Below, in pieces: positions 61,286 to 64,000 of a DNA stretch of 64,000 nucleotides. The position numbers were made by a program, and so were the translations under genes. This DNA comes from the human T2T-CHM13v2.0 reference genome, Homo sapiens, in assembly GCF_009914755.1 (NCBI RefSeq), contig NC_060927.1; one strand, written 5' to 3'. The notes under the pieces are model-generated. The model searched no databases. It was not told the origin of the DNA and saw nothing but the letters and a program-made list of their open reading frames with translations. The stretch's first letter is position 1. Each line of letters begins with the position of its first letter.

Positions 61286-63389
61286 AAAGCAAAACAACCT
61301 CTTAAATAAAAATCATAAAATATTAGTGTCATCAAAATTCAGTTATTAAACATATTTTATGATTAAAAAGAAGACTGCCAAAATCGTGAAGCAGTTGGAA
61401 AATAAAAACATTACACTTGAAATTTCAATAACAGTAAGTTTGAGCTAGTTGTATGTTTGTTTTAGAATTTTTTGGTTATCATGAGATTTGACATCTTAAG
61501 TAAAAGGTCTGTTTGTTATACCATGTTCTGGTGTACTCTAGTGGTTTTGACAAGGTATATACACACAGATGTTAGAAAAAAAAAAACCTTTGGTTGTTGC
61601 AATTTTCTCCTTATTGCATCTAATTGAAAACATAGAGGAAAGTGTAGAACACATCTGTGGGTACTTTTCATACCAGTGATAGTACCATGGAAGCCATGGA
61701 AGTCTTTAAGAGAACTCCTATAGGCTTAGAATGTAGTGAAAATGTTAGGGGACTCTATAACATTTGTATTACCACCCTTACCCTTACTCCTTACCCACCC
61801 ACCTGCAAAAAAACAAAAAAGAAAAAAAGAAACTATCATAGTAATCAGCTGCTTCACTGTGCTAAAACGTATTTCTGTTTTGGAAATATTTGCCAATGAA
61901 CCAAAAAGAATTTGGCATTTGGAAATATCTTCCATTGGCATAGCTTGTAATACAATTCACAGAAACTTTTAAAAACAACTTGAATATAGTATCTGTAAAC
62001 TTTCCTATTTACCACACTTTGGGGACAGGATCTTAAATCTTCCTATCTTATTCATCTTCACTTTTGAAGTTCTTTCAGAAATGTTCATGCTGATTAATAG
62101 TTAAATGATTTAAGTATTAACTTACCCATTTCTAGCATATATAATATAGTAGTAGCCTTTTAGTTGTTTTCTTGCTTCTGAAGCAGCCAGCATCCTTACA
62201 CATTTTTTCATTACTCGTTATTGTCCTCAAAAATTGCTCTTCAAGCAAAATGTGGTTTCCTGTATTTCCTGTGTCATTCAATTAATGTATTTCTCCAAGT
62301 CTAACCATAAGAACTAGATACCACACACTGTTTCCTAACAGATGGAAAATCCTTATGTTTTCACTTAACATCCCTCTATTAAGCAGCTCTCTCTGGGAGC
62401 TGTCTCCCTTGCCCCATTAGTATGTTAAAGCAGCCAGATCCCTGAAATATAAATGATAAAAGTAGATTTCATATCTGACATTTTAAGTTACCAGGCATTT
62501 TTCCTTTATGGCTTAATCATTGAGATTTTTGAAGATTATATGTACAGGAGGGGAAAGATTTTTATTTCAGAGACTGGAAAAAAGCAACATAGCATTTTAG
62601 TAGATTTCATAAAAATGGAGTAATAGTTAATTTTTATAATTTTTTTAAATTTTATAATTTTTTACTTATAAAATTTTACTCTAGCTATTAAAGACTTCTT
62701 TTTTTATAACTACATTTTAACAGCTTTTAATCTAACCTTAATAATAAATATTAGTTCCTTTGCCCAGGGCTTGGAAATAATCAGAAAGAGTTCTCAGGCA
62801 AATCTGGCTTTTTAAAATATTTTATCCTGTTGTATTTTGTTGAGATTTCTTGGGAACTGGTACAGGGAAAAGAAGAATAAAAAATAAGATTCATTTATTT
62901 CTTATTTGCTAGAAAAAAAGCTGCTATTCATACCAAACACACTTTTGGACTACAGGGCAATTAAAAAGAATTCAGTACTAAGAAAAAAAAGCTGCTATTG
63001 TTTTCTTCACTGGCAGAAGCAGCGAGTAAGTGGCAACTCATGACTCTAATGATGCATCATCCCTAGGCAGATTATTTATAATGCATATGTAAAGTCAGTA
63101 TCACTAGTGAAATCTATATGTATTTAACCCTGAATCTTCAATCTCTTTTATCTTTTACTTTGAGGAAACCTATTCTTGGTTTACTTGATACCCGAACTAG
63201 TTTGGTATAGAACTGAACAATTAACTTCTACATCAATTTGTCTGCACTGTGACTATTTTAACTAGCTCAGTTTCAAGCCTTGTTTAAAAATGGTAATTCC
63301 TCTTTCTAAATTTAATTTTATGTCCAAATGTTTTTGTTACAGCCTGGCCAAATTCAGGTCCCCATCTAACTTACTATCATATTTATTCA

Positions 63390-64000
63390 AAGACTGAAAG
63401 AAGGCCACAAGGATGAAGCATGAATGAAGGGTGGATTGGTATGAGATGAGACAGGATGTGGGGGTAGAGGGATCAAATCATATATAGCTATATGAAGGCC
63501 ATCATAAGGAGGTCAAATTTTATTCTCAGGGAAGCCATTTAAATTAGAATGGCATGATGTGATATTTCATTTTTAAAAGATCACTCTAGGTGCTAAAAAC
63601 TACATGGGGCAGGACTAGATGGGAGACCAGAGAGGAGGCTCTTAGCATAATCTAGAAGATTAGACCAGAGTAATCAAGGTGATGGAGAGAAGGGGAAAGA
63701 TTCAGGACATGTTTTGCAGATAAAAGGTTCCAGGATCTGGTGACAGATGGTATGAAGGCTCTAAGCAAAAGAAGCATCAAAGATAGGCCTAGGCCTGATA
63801 TTTAGTTCATGCCACTGCCTTGGCTACCTAGGTCTTTGTGTGAGTCTTGTTATGAAGGGCCAATACTTTTCTGTATCTGATGAGCCAAAGTTTTGGGCTT
63901 GAAATGGGGAAAAATCATGGATGAACAAGTTTAAAGAGGAGACAATCTAAGTTCTGTCCAGCTACATGTTTTAACATTCCCAGATTGATGAGATTTACTT
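63390..64000. mobile_element. L2 LINE fragment
   Basis: ttttaaaagatcactctagg and ggtgatggagagaaggggaaagattcagga L2-type motifs. Confidence 0.55.

Overview
Primate (human-like) genomic DNA, AT-rich and almost entirely intronic. The + strand carries four consecutive internal coding exons of RNF13, a PA-TM-RING E3 ubiquitin ligase: 2839-2926, 9438-9528, 19347-19452 and 28504-28597. They splice in frame through the end of the PA domain, the transmembrane helix and the basic juxtamembrane segment; the RING exons lie beyond the window. The rest is transposable-element debris: more than 20 Alus, MIR/L2, MER1B, MER33, Charlie1, a THE1 solo LTR and a roughly 26 kb stack of nested antisense L1s. There is also a near full-length antisense NPM1 processed pseudogene (46033-47262) and a tailless 3'-truncated U6 retrocopy (24745-24818). 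Almost all ORF-track entries are Alu/L1-derived or spurious. The most unusual structure is a single TSD-bounded L1PA insertion (50593-53713). It combines a 3' transduction, a 5' inversion with about 3.3 kb missing, a retained antisense-promoter region and an ORF0-ORF2 chimeric reading frame. Several local template-switch scars are also visible. I found no evidence for a new multi-gene system. Repeat subfamily names come from recalled consensus sequences, not from a search.
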